A DNA stretch of 63,593 bases, the filler included, from Octopus bimaculoides (lineage: Eukaryota): NCBI RefSeq assembly GCF_001194135.2. It is 5 parts of 5 records of this genome, joined end to end, with 100 filler letters (N's around TTAATTAATTAA, not from the genome) between each part and the next. Parts side by side here need not be neighbours in the genome. Positions count along the whole stretch, not along the records: positions 27,818 to 57,673 come from NC_068983.1; positions 57,774 to 60,183 come from NC_068986.1; positions 60,284 to 62,311 come from NW_026343982.1; 2 more parts are not named here. One strand, 5' to 3'. Both the position numbers and the translations under genes were made by a program. Below the pieces are notes generated by a model. That model did no database searches and was not told the DNA's origin. It saw nothing but the letters and a program-made list of their open reading frames with translations. Positions 49,945-60,765 of this stretch are shown here, in pieces (the stretch's first letter is position 1; each line of letters opens with the position of its first letter).

Positions 49945-50135
49945 CTCAGTAGTGTCAGTGGCATAAAAAAAGAACCCAGTACATACTGTAAAGTGGTTGG
50001 CATTAGGAAGGACACCTGGCTATAGAAATCATGACAAAGTAGACACTGGAGCACAATGCCCTCTTTGGTCCCATCGCATCCTCTCAAAACCACGCCAGCA
50101 TGGAACATGGATGTTAACTGATGACAATGACATAT
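49945..50135 (+). mobile_element. Degenerate RTE-type 3' end
   Basis: AAGTGGTTGGCATTAGGAAGG..GCCAGCATGGAACATGGATGTTAA..TGATGA, homologous to 57797-57990. Confidence 0.55.
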
Positions 50136-50480
50136 AGAACATATATGCTGGAAAACACATGTAACCAAAGGTTAGAGCTCATCAGTACATTCCACACACC
50201 ACTCTTATATCCAGTGCTTTTAGACTAGGGGCATCAAACCCCAGGACAGGACAATGTGTGGAATACAAGCCACATAATAGTATTACTAGAATACAGAAAA
50301 CATACTTAGTATTTTAAGCTTTTCAAAGCAAGCATGTAGCTAAGTAAATCAACTGACAGGGTTACGCAACAGTAATAGTGTATTTTTTACTTTCTTTAAG
50401 ATGTCTTTCAATTCTATGTTTTGCATGAACAAACAATATTTACAAGTTGGAAAAATACCTCAAGCTAGAATATCCCAATG

Positions 50481-50551
<71 letters not shown>

Positions 50552-50619
50552 GAATACTTATAGAGATGAGTGTCATGTTTCCAATACTGGAACTACATAT
50601 AGAATAAAAAGTGCAAATT

Positions 50620-50970
50620 CTCCACTTTCAAACATTCAATCTTGGAGAAAATTTTTTGATGAAGTGTAGTTCCATTGCTTTTTGGTATTGCACGTCTTCC
50701 CATGAACATTTGTAAAAGAAAAAGATTTTGAATTTTCCTTCGTTGCATATTTCCAGATGCTTGCTTGATGAATCCTACGTAATTCCTCTTGCTGGATATG
50801 CTGCCTGTATATTCTTGCACGTTGGCAGAGGGAATTATTTGTTTCGCCAATGTAATTTTCTTTGCAGTTGGGGCAGGTAATGCAATATCTGAAGTTCTGC
50901 ATTTTGCAATTCATATCTACATTTATTTTGAACGAGAATCCACTCTTAAATTTTATGTGGGAACCACTTT
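50620..50970 (-). mobile_element. Penelope-like element GIY-YIG endonuclease remnant
   Basis: FRYCITCPNCKENYIGETNNSLCQRARIYRQHI then frameshifted SKHLEIC..FFFYKC..ELHFIKKFSPRLN. Confidence 0.75.
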
Positions 50971-51380
50971 CTAAGTATTTAAAGTTGTTGTTGCATGTTC
51001 AACATCTATCTCCCCATTCTCTTACTAAGAATTCTGATTCATTCTCCAATGTGAATTCTGCTCTTGTGAGGTGTTTTTAAAAATATTTTGGTTGGATTTG
51101 AGCTGTAATTTAGCGCACAGCAGAAAATAACATAATTCATACAGAACTTTGATTCTGTGTGTCTGTCTGTGCGTGTTTGTGTGTGTGTGTCTGTGTGTGT
51201 GTGTGTCTGTCTGTATGTCTGTCTGACTGTCTGTGCGTGCATGCATGTCAAAGGAAATTCATTTTACATACCTTTCTTAAGTCCAAAAGAAGGAAATGTA
51301 GTGAAATTGTAATATGTTAACAGCAGAAGGTCTCCATACATTGCAATGAGAAATTGAAAGAGAAAGATAATGCCTAATTC

Positions 51381-51391
51381 TGCGCATGCGT
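51381..51391. promoter_or_regulatory. NRF1/ewg-like palindromic motif TGCGCATGCGT, candidate promoter element
   Basis: Close match to the GCGCATGCGC consensus in CpG-poor surroundings; a strong minus-strand donor (AAG|GTATGT) lies 110 bp away at 51272. Confidence 0.35.
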
Positions 51392-52082
51392 GAAACATGG
51401 AATGAAAGTGAAAATGACCTTAAAATTGTACGACACGACCTCACTTCTGAGGTTCTTGATGTCCCCTTCTCTCCTGCTTTCCCCCTCTCTTTGTGCCGCT
51501 TTCTTTCACCTTCACCTGTAGAACATACTGTGTCAATTTTGTGCTGGCTTTCTTTCACTTCATGGGGTATAAAACATCAGCGTCTGTCTCTCACCCACTA
51601 TCTGTCTTTCAACTTCTCCTATAGAAGCTTGTTTTCTGTCTCTGTTTCTTTCTCTTGTCTCTCTGATTTTTCCTCATTCTGTGTTTCACTTGGTCATTCT
51701 GTAAAAAATAAGATGTATGCACATGTATATGAAATGGACGTGTGTGTATGTGTGTGTGTATGTGAGAGAGAGAGAGAAAGAGAGAGATAGAGGAAGTGGG
51801 TGAAGATGTGTGTCGTAATGATGGATGCCTTTTGAGGTACACACTCATATATAGAAAATGTGACATCATCGTCATTGTTGTCGTATAAAATGTTTATGAT
51901 AGTTGAGCTATGGAAAAGATTATAATTTTAAATTTTTGTAACGGAAATATGTCAAGTTTAGTTGGTAGCGGAAATAGTACTGAAACTTTTGATAACCCGT
52001 ATGTCAAAATTAGCAACTCAGTTTTGGAATGTATAAGGAACACACACACATACAAATTCTTTTTTATAGTTATAGACTTTTA

Positions 52083-52313
52083 TATGGGTTGGTGCATAAT
52101 TATTGCAGCTTTTTTTCAACAAATTTTATTCAACAAAAACATCTTTAAATGATTATTCCAGAGCATATTCACCATCAACTCTTCAATTACTGCTTCCCAT
52201 TTGCTTGGCAGACAGTCAGACCATCATTTAAAGATTATTTTGTTAAATATTGTTATTTTTGTTTAAATAAAATTTGTCAAGAAAAGCCGCAGTAATTATG
52301 CACCAATCCAATA
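52083..52313 (-). mobile_element. mariner-derived MITE (231 bp)
   Basis: TIRs TATGGGTTGGTGCATAATTATTGCAGCTTTT / reverse complement TATTGGATTGGTGCATAATTACTGCGGCTTTT; internal relic LPSKWEAVIE of a transposase C-terminus. Confidence 0.8.
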
Positions 52314-52861
52314 GGATAAGGAACATACGTGCACACACACACACACATACAAACTCTCTTTTATAGTTATGGATTATATAAGATTATTCTATAGAATTGC
52401 TATATAATTAAACATTTTTCAGCGACAGCTGTGAGTTGGTATTTCCTCAGGTGGAATGTGATCAAGTGGTGTTGGATTTCTTTGAGTTCCCTAAAATATA
52501 CCAAGTCTACTACTCTTCACCAATCAGTTTATTAGATTATGAGTGACATTTATTGTTGTAGTAACACAAAAACATTTACAAAAGTAGTATCACAATAATA
52601 TACCAAACAACAATGATACTGACAATAATAAAAACAATAACATATATATATATATATATATACATATATCATCATCATCATCATCATCATCACCATCATC
52701 ATTTAACATCCGTTGTTCATGCTGGCTTCTTACAGAAACCTAGCTTATTGAAGCTCAGATAACCAAATGGAGTGATGCAGAAAGTCCAAGGTGGCTACAA
52801 GAATCTGGGTTGCTTTTGGTCAAGGAGGGTTATGTGGTGTTGTTAGAAGTAAGATCAGCGA

Positions 52862-53075
52862 CTCTGGAGACTCCACAAAGTTTGGAATGAAACCCCCAAC
52901 ATCAAATGGACTGTTATCAATAGGACTGCACCTTACTCACTCAGAGCTACCACTTGCCATTTTTGCCTCCATGAAAGATTGCACATTCTCCACCAACCAG
53001 CAATATCTATCAACGAGAAATATGAACTATCTTATTGCTGCCATCAGAGGTACACCTTTCTGATGAACTTCAAAC
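52862..53075 (+). mobile_element. Penelope-like element endonuclease C-terminal remnant
   Basis: LWRLHKVWNETPNIKWTVINRTAPYSLRATTCHFCLHERLHIL..NEKYELSYCCHQRYTFL resembles the W.L..IKW.I..A.PY..C.LCL.EK..N.R.EL..CRH PLE tail. Confidence 0.6.
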
Positions 53076-53430
53076 CCTACTGGCTGCCAACAACCCAAAT
53101 ATATCACCTTAACATTGGCTGCCCCTCATCACTGGCCACCCCACAACCAAGGATAGGGTTCCTAATCACCAATGCCTACACAGACCTCAGGTCACTCTTC
53201 CAACCATATGCATCTCTTGTAACCCCTACATTTACCCCCATAAACATGAATGTGCACATGCAAGCGAACACATAAATACATCTATGTATATATGCTTCCC
53301 CTCTCTTTCTTTCACCCCCCCCCCCCCATACACACACCACTAAACCTCAGTCCAACGATTCTGTTGCAAGTACACTAGCATACATCTGCCAATCCCACAC
53401 ACATAAATACCATAAGTATGCATGCATATG

Positions 53431-53467
<37 letters not shown>

Positions 53468-53864
53468 GTTCTTCCAGACAAACTTACACACATTCATACT
53501 TTTACATACAAATACAAGAATGTACATACTCACATTCACAAATCATCTATATGTATGTACACCAACATATGCATCCTAAACATGTTGAATAGATTTTGTC
53601 ATTACATGTAGCTGCCACTAGATATTTGCTAATGACAAAGTTCAAAGAGGTTGATATGCACATTTAGCTATGTTACCACAACTGCTGGACAATTTTCATC
53701 TACTACTGTTATATTACTATGTTTTTTTAGCACTACACATCCATAAGAAAAACTATCTCAGGATGAATGCTGCAGTAATTCAGGATTTCAATGATGTACA
53801 TGCTTTAAATATGATACATACATTACTATTTTAAACTAATATTGCTTCTGTCACATATAACAAA

Positions 53865-54252
53865 TATGAATGGCTGTGTGGTAAGTAGCTTGCTTACCAG
53901 CCGCATGGTTCTGGGTTCAATCCCACTGCATGGCACCTTGGGTAAGTGTCTTCTACTATAGCCTCAGGCTGGCCAAAGCCTTGTGAGTAGATTTCGTAAA
54001 CAGAAACTGAAAGAAGCCCGTCGTATATATGTGTGTGTGTGTGTGTTTGTGTGTCTGTGTTTGTCCCCCTCACCATCACTTGACACCCAATGCTGGTCTA
54101 TTTACATCCCTGTAACATAGCAGTTCGGCAAAAGTGACTGATAGAATAAGTACTAAGCTTACAAAGGATAAATCCCGTGGTCAATCTGTTTGACTAAAGG
54201 TGGTGCTCCTGCATGGCCACAGTCAAACGAATGAAACAAATAAAAATAAAAA
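53865..54252 (+). mobile_element. Full-length tRNA-derived SINE (family B)
   Basis: TGGCTGTGTGGTAAGTAGC..GGTTCAATCCC head; GAAACAAATAAAA tail. Confidence 0.85.
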
Positions 54253-54356
54253 GAATATGTATGTATGCACATTTATGTATAGGCATAAATTGTCATGCTA
54301 AATGCTTTTACACTATTATATACGCTTTTTCTTGTTAATCATTCAATCGTTCAAGT

Positions 54357-54695
54357 ATCATCATCATCGTTTAACGTCCGCCTTCCATGCTAGCATAGGT
54401 TGGACGATTTGACTGAGGACTGGTGAAACCAGATGGCAACACCAGGCTCCAGTCTAATTTGGCAGAGTTTCTACAGCTGGATGCCCTTCCTAACGCCAAC
54501 CACTCAGAGAGTGTAGTGGGTGCTTTTACGTGTCACCCGCACGAACGCCAGTCAAGCGGTACTGGCAACGGCCACGCTCGAAATGGTGTCATTTATGTGC
54601 CACCCGCACAAAAGCCAGTCCAGGGGCACTGGCAACGATCCCGCTCAAAATATTTCATGTGTCACCTGCACAAGAGCCAGTCCAGGGGCACTGGT
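54357..54695 (-). mobile_element. 5'-truncated RTE-type retroposon 3' end with (GAT)n tail and 62-bp tandem repeats
   Basis: Minus strand ..GGCGTTAGGAAGGGCATCCAGC..GCTAGCATGGAAGGCGGACGTTAAACGATGATGAT; repeat units at 54531-54695. Confidence 0.75.
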
Positions 54696-55235
54696 ATGTC
54701 TAACATATATTCTAATAGGCCTTTATAAAGCATTACTAGAGTGGATGATTTAAAGAGGCTTGCTGAAAGTGATAATACAACTAAATCTTTTAGATGAAGT
54801 ACATTAAGATCTGATAAAATAGATTTTCCAGACAATTAACCTCACTTATCTTTTTGTANNNNNNNNNNNNNNNNNNNNNNNNNNNNNNNNNNNNNNNNNN
54901 NNNNNNNNNNNNNNNNNNNNNNNNNNNNNNNNNNNNNNNNNNNNNNNNNNNNNNNNNNNNNNNNNNNNNNNNNNNNNNNNNNNNNNNNNNNNNNNNNNNN
55001 NNNNNNNNNNNNNNNNNNNNNNNNNNNNNNNNNNNNNNNNNNNNNNNNNNNNNNNNNNNNNNNNNNNNNNNNNNNNNNNNNNNNNNNNNNNNNNNNNNNN
55101 NNNNNNNNNNNNNNNNNNNNNNNNNNNNNNNNNNNNNNNNNNNNNNNNNNNNNNNNNNNNNNNNNNNNNNNNNNNNNNNNNNNNNNNNNNNNNNNNNNNN
55201 NNNNNNNNNNNNNNNNNNNNNNNNNNNNNNNNNNN

Positions 55236-55525
55236 GTGTCGCCCTCACATGAGCCAGTCCAGGGGCACTGGCAACGATCCCGCTCGAAAGATTTCATGTG
55301 TCGCCCGCACATGAACCAGTCCAGGGGCACTGGCAATGATCACGTCCGGCTCAAAACATTTCATGTGTCACCCACACAAGAGCCAGTCCAGGGGCACTGG
55401 CAACAATCTCGCTCGAAAGATTTCATGTGTCGCCCGCACATGAGCCAGCCCAGGGGCACTGGCAACGATCCCGCTCAAAATATTTCATGTGTCACCTGCA
55501 CAAGAGCCAGTCCAGGGGCACTGGT
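55236..55525. repeat. ~62-bp tandem array (at least 4.5 units), continuing into a gap
   Basis: Unit GCCAGTCCAGGGGCACTGGCAACGATCCCGCTCGAAAGATTTCATGTGTCGCCCGCACATGA with alternating variants. Confidence 0.9.
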
Positions 55526-56599
55526 ATGTCTAACATATATTCTAATAGGCCTTTATAAAGCATTACTAGAGTGGATGATTTAAAGAGGCTTGCTGAAAGT
55601 GATAATACAACTAAATCTTTTAGATGAAGTACATTAAGATCTGATAAAATAGATTTTCCAGACAATTAACCTCACTTATCTTTTTGTAAGCTGTAAAGTT
55701 CAAATATTTTAGTCTCTGTTCACCGTTACACATCTAGTAAATATGTTGTCTTAAGGTGAATGTATGAATTAGATGAACTCTTTAGTAGAAACTAGGTAGG
55801 TGATAGTACCAGATTAGATATCTGAGGGCTTTATCCTTTTTCTTTTTTTTTTCACTGGTTTCAGTCACTGGACTGTGGCTATACTAAGGTAATGCTTTCG
55901 AGAGTTTTAGTCAACTATATCAACCACAGTACTTGGTATCTATTTACTTATTTTATCAATCTTGGAGTAGAACAAAAGTAAACTAGACATAGGGGCGGGG
56001 TGGGGGTGGGGGGTTAGGCAATCTTTAAGAAACCAATACAGCAAGGTATTTTTGCACCACACAGCACTTTGTTTGCTANNNNNNNNNNNNNNNNNNNNNN
56101 NNNNNNNNNNNNNNNNNNNNNNNNNNNNNNNNNNNNNNNNNNNNNNNNNNNNNNNNNNNNNNNNNNNNNNNNNNNNNNNNNNNNNNNNNNNNNNNNNNNN
56201 NNNNNNNNNNNNNNNNNNNNNNNNNNNNNNNNNNNNNNNNNNNNNNNNNNNNNNNNNNNNNNNNNNNNNNNNNNNNNNNNNNNNNNNNNNNNNNNNNNNN
56301 NNNNNNNNNNNNNNNNNNNNNNNNNNNNNNNNNNNNNNNNNNNNNNNNNNNNNNNNNNNNNNNNNNNNNNNNNNNNNNNNNNNNNNNNNNNNNNNNNNNN
56401 NNNNNNNNNNNNNNNNNNNNNNNNNNNNNNNNNNNNNNNNNNNNNNNNNNNNNNNNNNNNNNNNNNNNNNNNNNNNNNNNNNNNNNNNNNNNNNNNNNNN
56501 NNNNNNNNNNNNNNNNNNNNNNNNNNNNNNNNNNNNNNNNNNNNNNNNNNNNNNNNNNNNNNNNNNNNNNNNNNNNNNNNNNNNNNNNNNNNNNNNNNN

Positions 56600-56865
56600 T
56601 TAGGAAGGGCATCCAGCTGTAGAAACTCTGCCAAATTAGATTGGAGCCTGGTGTAGCCATCCAGTTGCACCAGTCCTCAGTCAAATCGTCCAACCCATGC
56701 TAGCATGGAAAGCGGACGTTAAACGATGATGATGATGATGATGATATATATATATATATATACATATATACATACATATATATATATATATACACACATA
56801 CATACATGTATCAGTATATCTATATCCATCTATTTATCTATCAATATACACGCACACACTCACAG

Positions 56866-56897
<32 letters not shown>

Positions 56898-57085
56898 TGC
56901 TCCAGCATGGCCACAGTCAAAAGGCTGAAACAAGTAAAAGAGTAAAAGAGTATATATATAAGCTGTAGAAACTCTGCCAAATCAGACTGGAGCCTGGTGT
57001 TGCCATCCGGTTTCACCAGTCCTCAGTCAAATCGTCCAACCCATGCTAGCATGGAAAGCGGACGTTAAACGATGATGATGATGAT
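56600..57085 (+). mobile_element. Two RTE-type 3' end copies (56600-56745 and 56960-57085) separated by microsatellites and a SINE tail
   Basis: GCTGTAGAAACTCTGCCAAAT..CTAGCATGGAAAGCGGACGTTAAACGATGATG occurs twice. Confidence 0.8.
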
Positions 57086-57336
57086 ATATATATACATACA
57101 TACATACATGTATCTATATATCTATACCTATCTATTTATCTATCTATATACACACACACACTCACAGATAGATAGATTGATAGACAGGCAGAGACATATG
57201 CCTAATGATACACATACATATATTTATACACACATACATATATATATGCACACATACACAGACACATATACACATACATGCATATGTATATAAAATCATA
57301 CATACACAAACACAAATAACACATATCGATTCTTTG

Positions 57337-57342
57337 GCTATA

Positions 57343-57385
<43 letters not shown>

Positions 57386-57619
57386 TACTCGAAAGTTCGC
57401 GCGTCCGCGCTAGCTAGTCGTGAGTGGTCGATCCTATTATTTTTAAACTTCAAACTTCATTTGTTTTCTATTTTGATAAATTCCCTCTGTTGAAAATTAT
57501 ATTTTTATATTTTAAATAATTTGCAATTTCAGGAAATATGTTTTTATATTAAATTTGTGTTTTCTACTCACGACTAGCTAGCGCGGACACGCGAACTTTC
57601 GAGTAATAGATAGATAGAT

Positions 57620-57652
<33 letters not shown>

Positions 57653-57658
57653 TATAGC
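57337..57658. mobile_element. MITE/foldback element with microsatellite-containing TIRs
   Basis: 43-bp core TIR 57383-57425 vs 57566-57608 (42/43), extended outward by mirrored (TCTA)/(TCTG)n tracts and GCTATATG/CATATAGC ends; 140-bp AT-rich spacer. Confidence 0.75.
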
Positions 57659-57796
57659 TCGCTCCGGCCAGTCNNNNNNNNNNNNNNNNNNNNNNNNNNN
57701 NNNNNNNNNNNNNNNNNTTAATTAATTAANNNNNNNNNNNNNNNNNNNNNNNNNNNNNNNNNNNNNNNNNNNNATATATATATATATATATATATA

Positions 57797-57990
57797 CACA
57801 TGGCATATAAAAGCACCCACTACACTCTCGGAGTGGGTGGCGTTAGGAAGGGCATCCAGCTGTAGAAACCGTGCCAGATTAGATTGGAGCCTGGTGTAGC
57901 CTTCTGGCTTGCCAGTCCTCAGTCAAATCGTCCAACCCATGCTAGCATGGAAAGCAGACGTTAAATGATGATGATGGTGATGATGATGAT
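57797..57990 (+). mobile_element. RTE-type 3' end copy
   Basis: AAAAGCACCCACTACACTCTCGGAGTGG..CTAGCATGGAAAGCAGACGTTAAATGATGATG. Confidence 0.8.
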
Positions 57991-59723
57991 ATACATATAT
58001 ATATATATATATATAATAGGACACATGACCAAGTAGTTAGGGTGTTGCACTCAATGATCAAAAGATGGAAAAGTCTATCGTATATACATATATGTATATA
58101 TAATAGAATCAACCAAAAATGATACTCCATCTAGTGAAAGGTATATATAAATATCATTTAATAAACACAGAATTTAAATGTTTCATGTTCTGGTTCAGGA
58201 TGTTCCAATTCAGGTATATGTACTATACAGAATAGTACACAACACACTATACAAATATGTCCAATCAATGTACTATTGGAGCATGAAACTTATAGCAGCT
58301 CACAATTAAATCTGGTGTTTGTTAAATGATGTATACTTGTGTGCGTGGGGGGTGTATGTATGTATGTGCACGCGCGCGTGTGTTTGTGTGTGTTTCAATT
58401 TCCCTTATCAAATTACATTCATAAGGCTCTTGTTGACATATGGTTGGCAAGCAAACTTCTTAATCACACAGCCATGACTGTGCATTTATGAAAACATATG
58501 TGTGTGTGTGTGTATGTGTGTGTGCGTGTGTGTGTACAATATCAATTCTGTGCGTGTTGCTCTCCTCCCACATGTTTATGCAAAAAATACCAGCCTCCAT
58601 TTTCTCTTCACAAAGGGGTTTTAATGTCAAAATATTGAAAGAGCTTCTTCCAAGCTAATGAAGGAGCCCTTGTCAAAACTGTGAGGGAAACTGCTAGAAA
58701 TAGCAGCTAAATCTTGAAATTACACCCTCTCAAAAAAAAAGAAAGACTGGACTTAACTTAGTAAATTAGTCTTAGATACACAATGTCTGAATTTGGAATG
58801 GGAGGGTCATGACTTTTAATCATAGATGTGCTCAATCAAGACTGATGTGGGGTTAAGCAACAATGTAACGACAGCCATAACAAAATAGAAGTACAAAAGA
58901 AACACATTTGCATAATCGAAATATAGCCTGACAAATTGGACATAATTATAATATATTTTCATAAAGAGCGATAAAAAAAAGACTACTAAAATAAACATTC
59001 TAATTCTATGACACTTGATATTAACTGCCTAATTTTACAATTCAGCAATTTTTTTTTTTTTTTTGTAATGGAAACTAGATTTTAAGACATTTTATCAAAA
59101 TTCAGAAAACCACTTTGACTACATATTGTATTCTTATGGAATGAGAATTGAATAGTTACAGCCTGTCAATAGGCTATTATCCTACTAAGGTTCTTCTCAG
59201 GTAGAACTAATTATGGTTATTCAACAAAAACAAACTGAAAAAGAGAGAGAGAGAGGGTGAATGAGAAGGAATGGAAACAGAGAAAGCTATATACATTCCA
59301 TTGAATATCCTCTGTTGGATGCAACTAAGAGTTACACAAAAGATACAGTTCCCAGTTCTACTTCTACACAAACTATTAACCAACAATGCATTGATATTTC
59401 CTTCATTTCTTACAGCTATTTGCACAGTTTGTATCTTATCTTATTAGTGTGGTTAATGAAGTATGAGAATAGTTATAAGTTATGTTGATTGAGGTTGAGG
59501 GCCAGCCCATCAGCTGAATGGTTAACAGACTTTTATCTAATCATCAGTGATACCCTTTGTCTTTCGCAAAGAGTCTCAATGTTTAATGTATCAGCCTATG
59601 TACACATGTATACCATGAGGTGCAGTTTGCTTCTGTAAACTATGGTGGTGGTTATGATGGTTAAAGCTAGGGGTTATTGCAAAAATATTTTATTTGTTTT
59701 TGGTTTTATTACTTTGTAGTTTC

Positions 59724-60039
59724 AAGCATGGCTGTGTTTAAGAAGCTTACTTCCCAACCATATGGTTTCAGGTTCAGTCCCACTGCATGACACTTTAGCC
59801 AAGTGTCTTCTTCTATAGCCTCAGGCCAACCAAAGCCCTGTAAGTGGATTTGGCAGATGGAAATTAAAAGAAACTGGTCAGGAGCATGGCTGTGCGGTAA
59901 GAAGCTTGCTTCTCAACCACATGGTTCCAAGTTCAGTCCCACTGCATAGCACCATGCGCAAGTGTCTTCCACTACAGCATCAGACCAACCAAAGCCTTGT
60001 GAATGGATTTGGTAGACAGAAACTGAAAAAAAAAACATC

Positions 60040-60077
<38 letters not shown>

Positions 60078-60123
60078 GATGGGGTTTTTCAGTTATATAT
60101 ATACACACATACACACATGTGTG
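59724..60123 (+). mobile_element. Tandem SINE family B copies (59724-59880 head; 59881-60123)
   Basis: GCATGGCTGTG..AAGAAGCTT..GGTTCAGTCCCACTGCAT occurs twice. Confidence 0.8.
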
Positions 60124-60283
60124 TGTGTGTGTCTTTTCATCTGTGTTTGTCTCCCACCATTGCTTGACAACTGGTGTTGATATNNNNNNNNNNNNNNNNN
60201 NNNNNNNNNNNNNNNNNNNNNNNNNNNTTAATTAATTAANNNNNNNNNNNNNNNNNNNNNNNNNNNNNNNNNNNNNNNNNNNN

Positions 60284-60765
60284 ACAGCTGTATGGTTTGA
60301 ACTAAGCTTTATTGCCAATTTTTCAACTGATAAGGCAGAATTTTCTTCATGTAATGCCTCAAGGAGCTTATCATCAAACTCACCTTCAAGTCTGAAATCC
60401 TCACTTCTGAATTTTGCAAACCATCTTCTGCATGTTCTTTCATTCAAGCATTCTTTCCCATAAACTGAGTGTATGTTTCGAGTCACTTCGGCTGCAGAGT
60501 TTCCTTTTTGTACTCATAAAGCATTATGTGCCTTAAATGCACTTTGGATACTTCCATGTTAGAAAGGATTTTTATCAAAGAAATTTTAATTCTATTATTC
60601 TGTAAATGTAGTTTAAATGTACACTATTATTCTGTAAATGTAGTTTAAATGTACACAAATGAATGAAAATAATTTTTAATTCCATTAGACATTCTAAACT
60701 ACTATTAAATTTCATTCAATTTTAAAAAAGGCAAAATCGAACAGAATTTATGGGATGACCTGATA
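60284..60765 (-). mobile_element. mariner transposon 5' part (TIR and HTH), cut by a gap
   Basis: TIR TATCAGGTCATCCCATAAATTCTG; RNIHSVYGKECLNERTCRRWFAKFRSEDF; 32-bp tandem duplication at ~60590-60656. Confidence 0.8.

Noticed and set aside
55236-55525. 62-bp palindromic repeats as a CRISPR-like array
   Set aside because: There are no unique spacers and no cas genes; the units are contiguous tandem copies inside a eukaryotic retroelement UTR.
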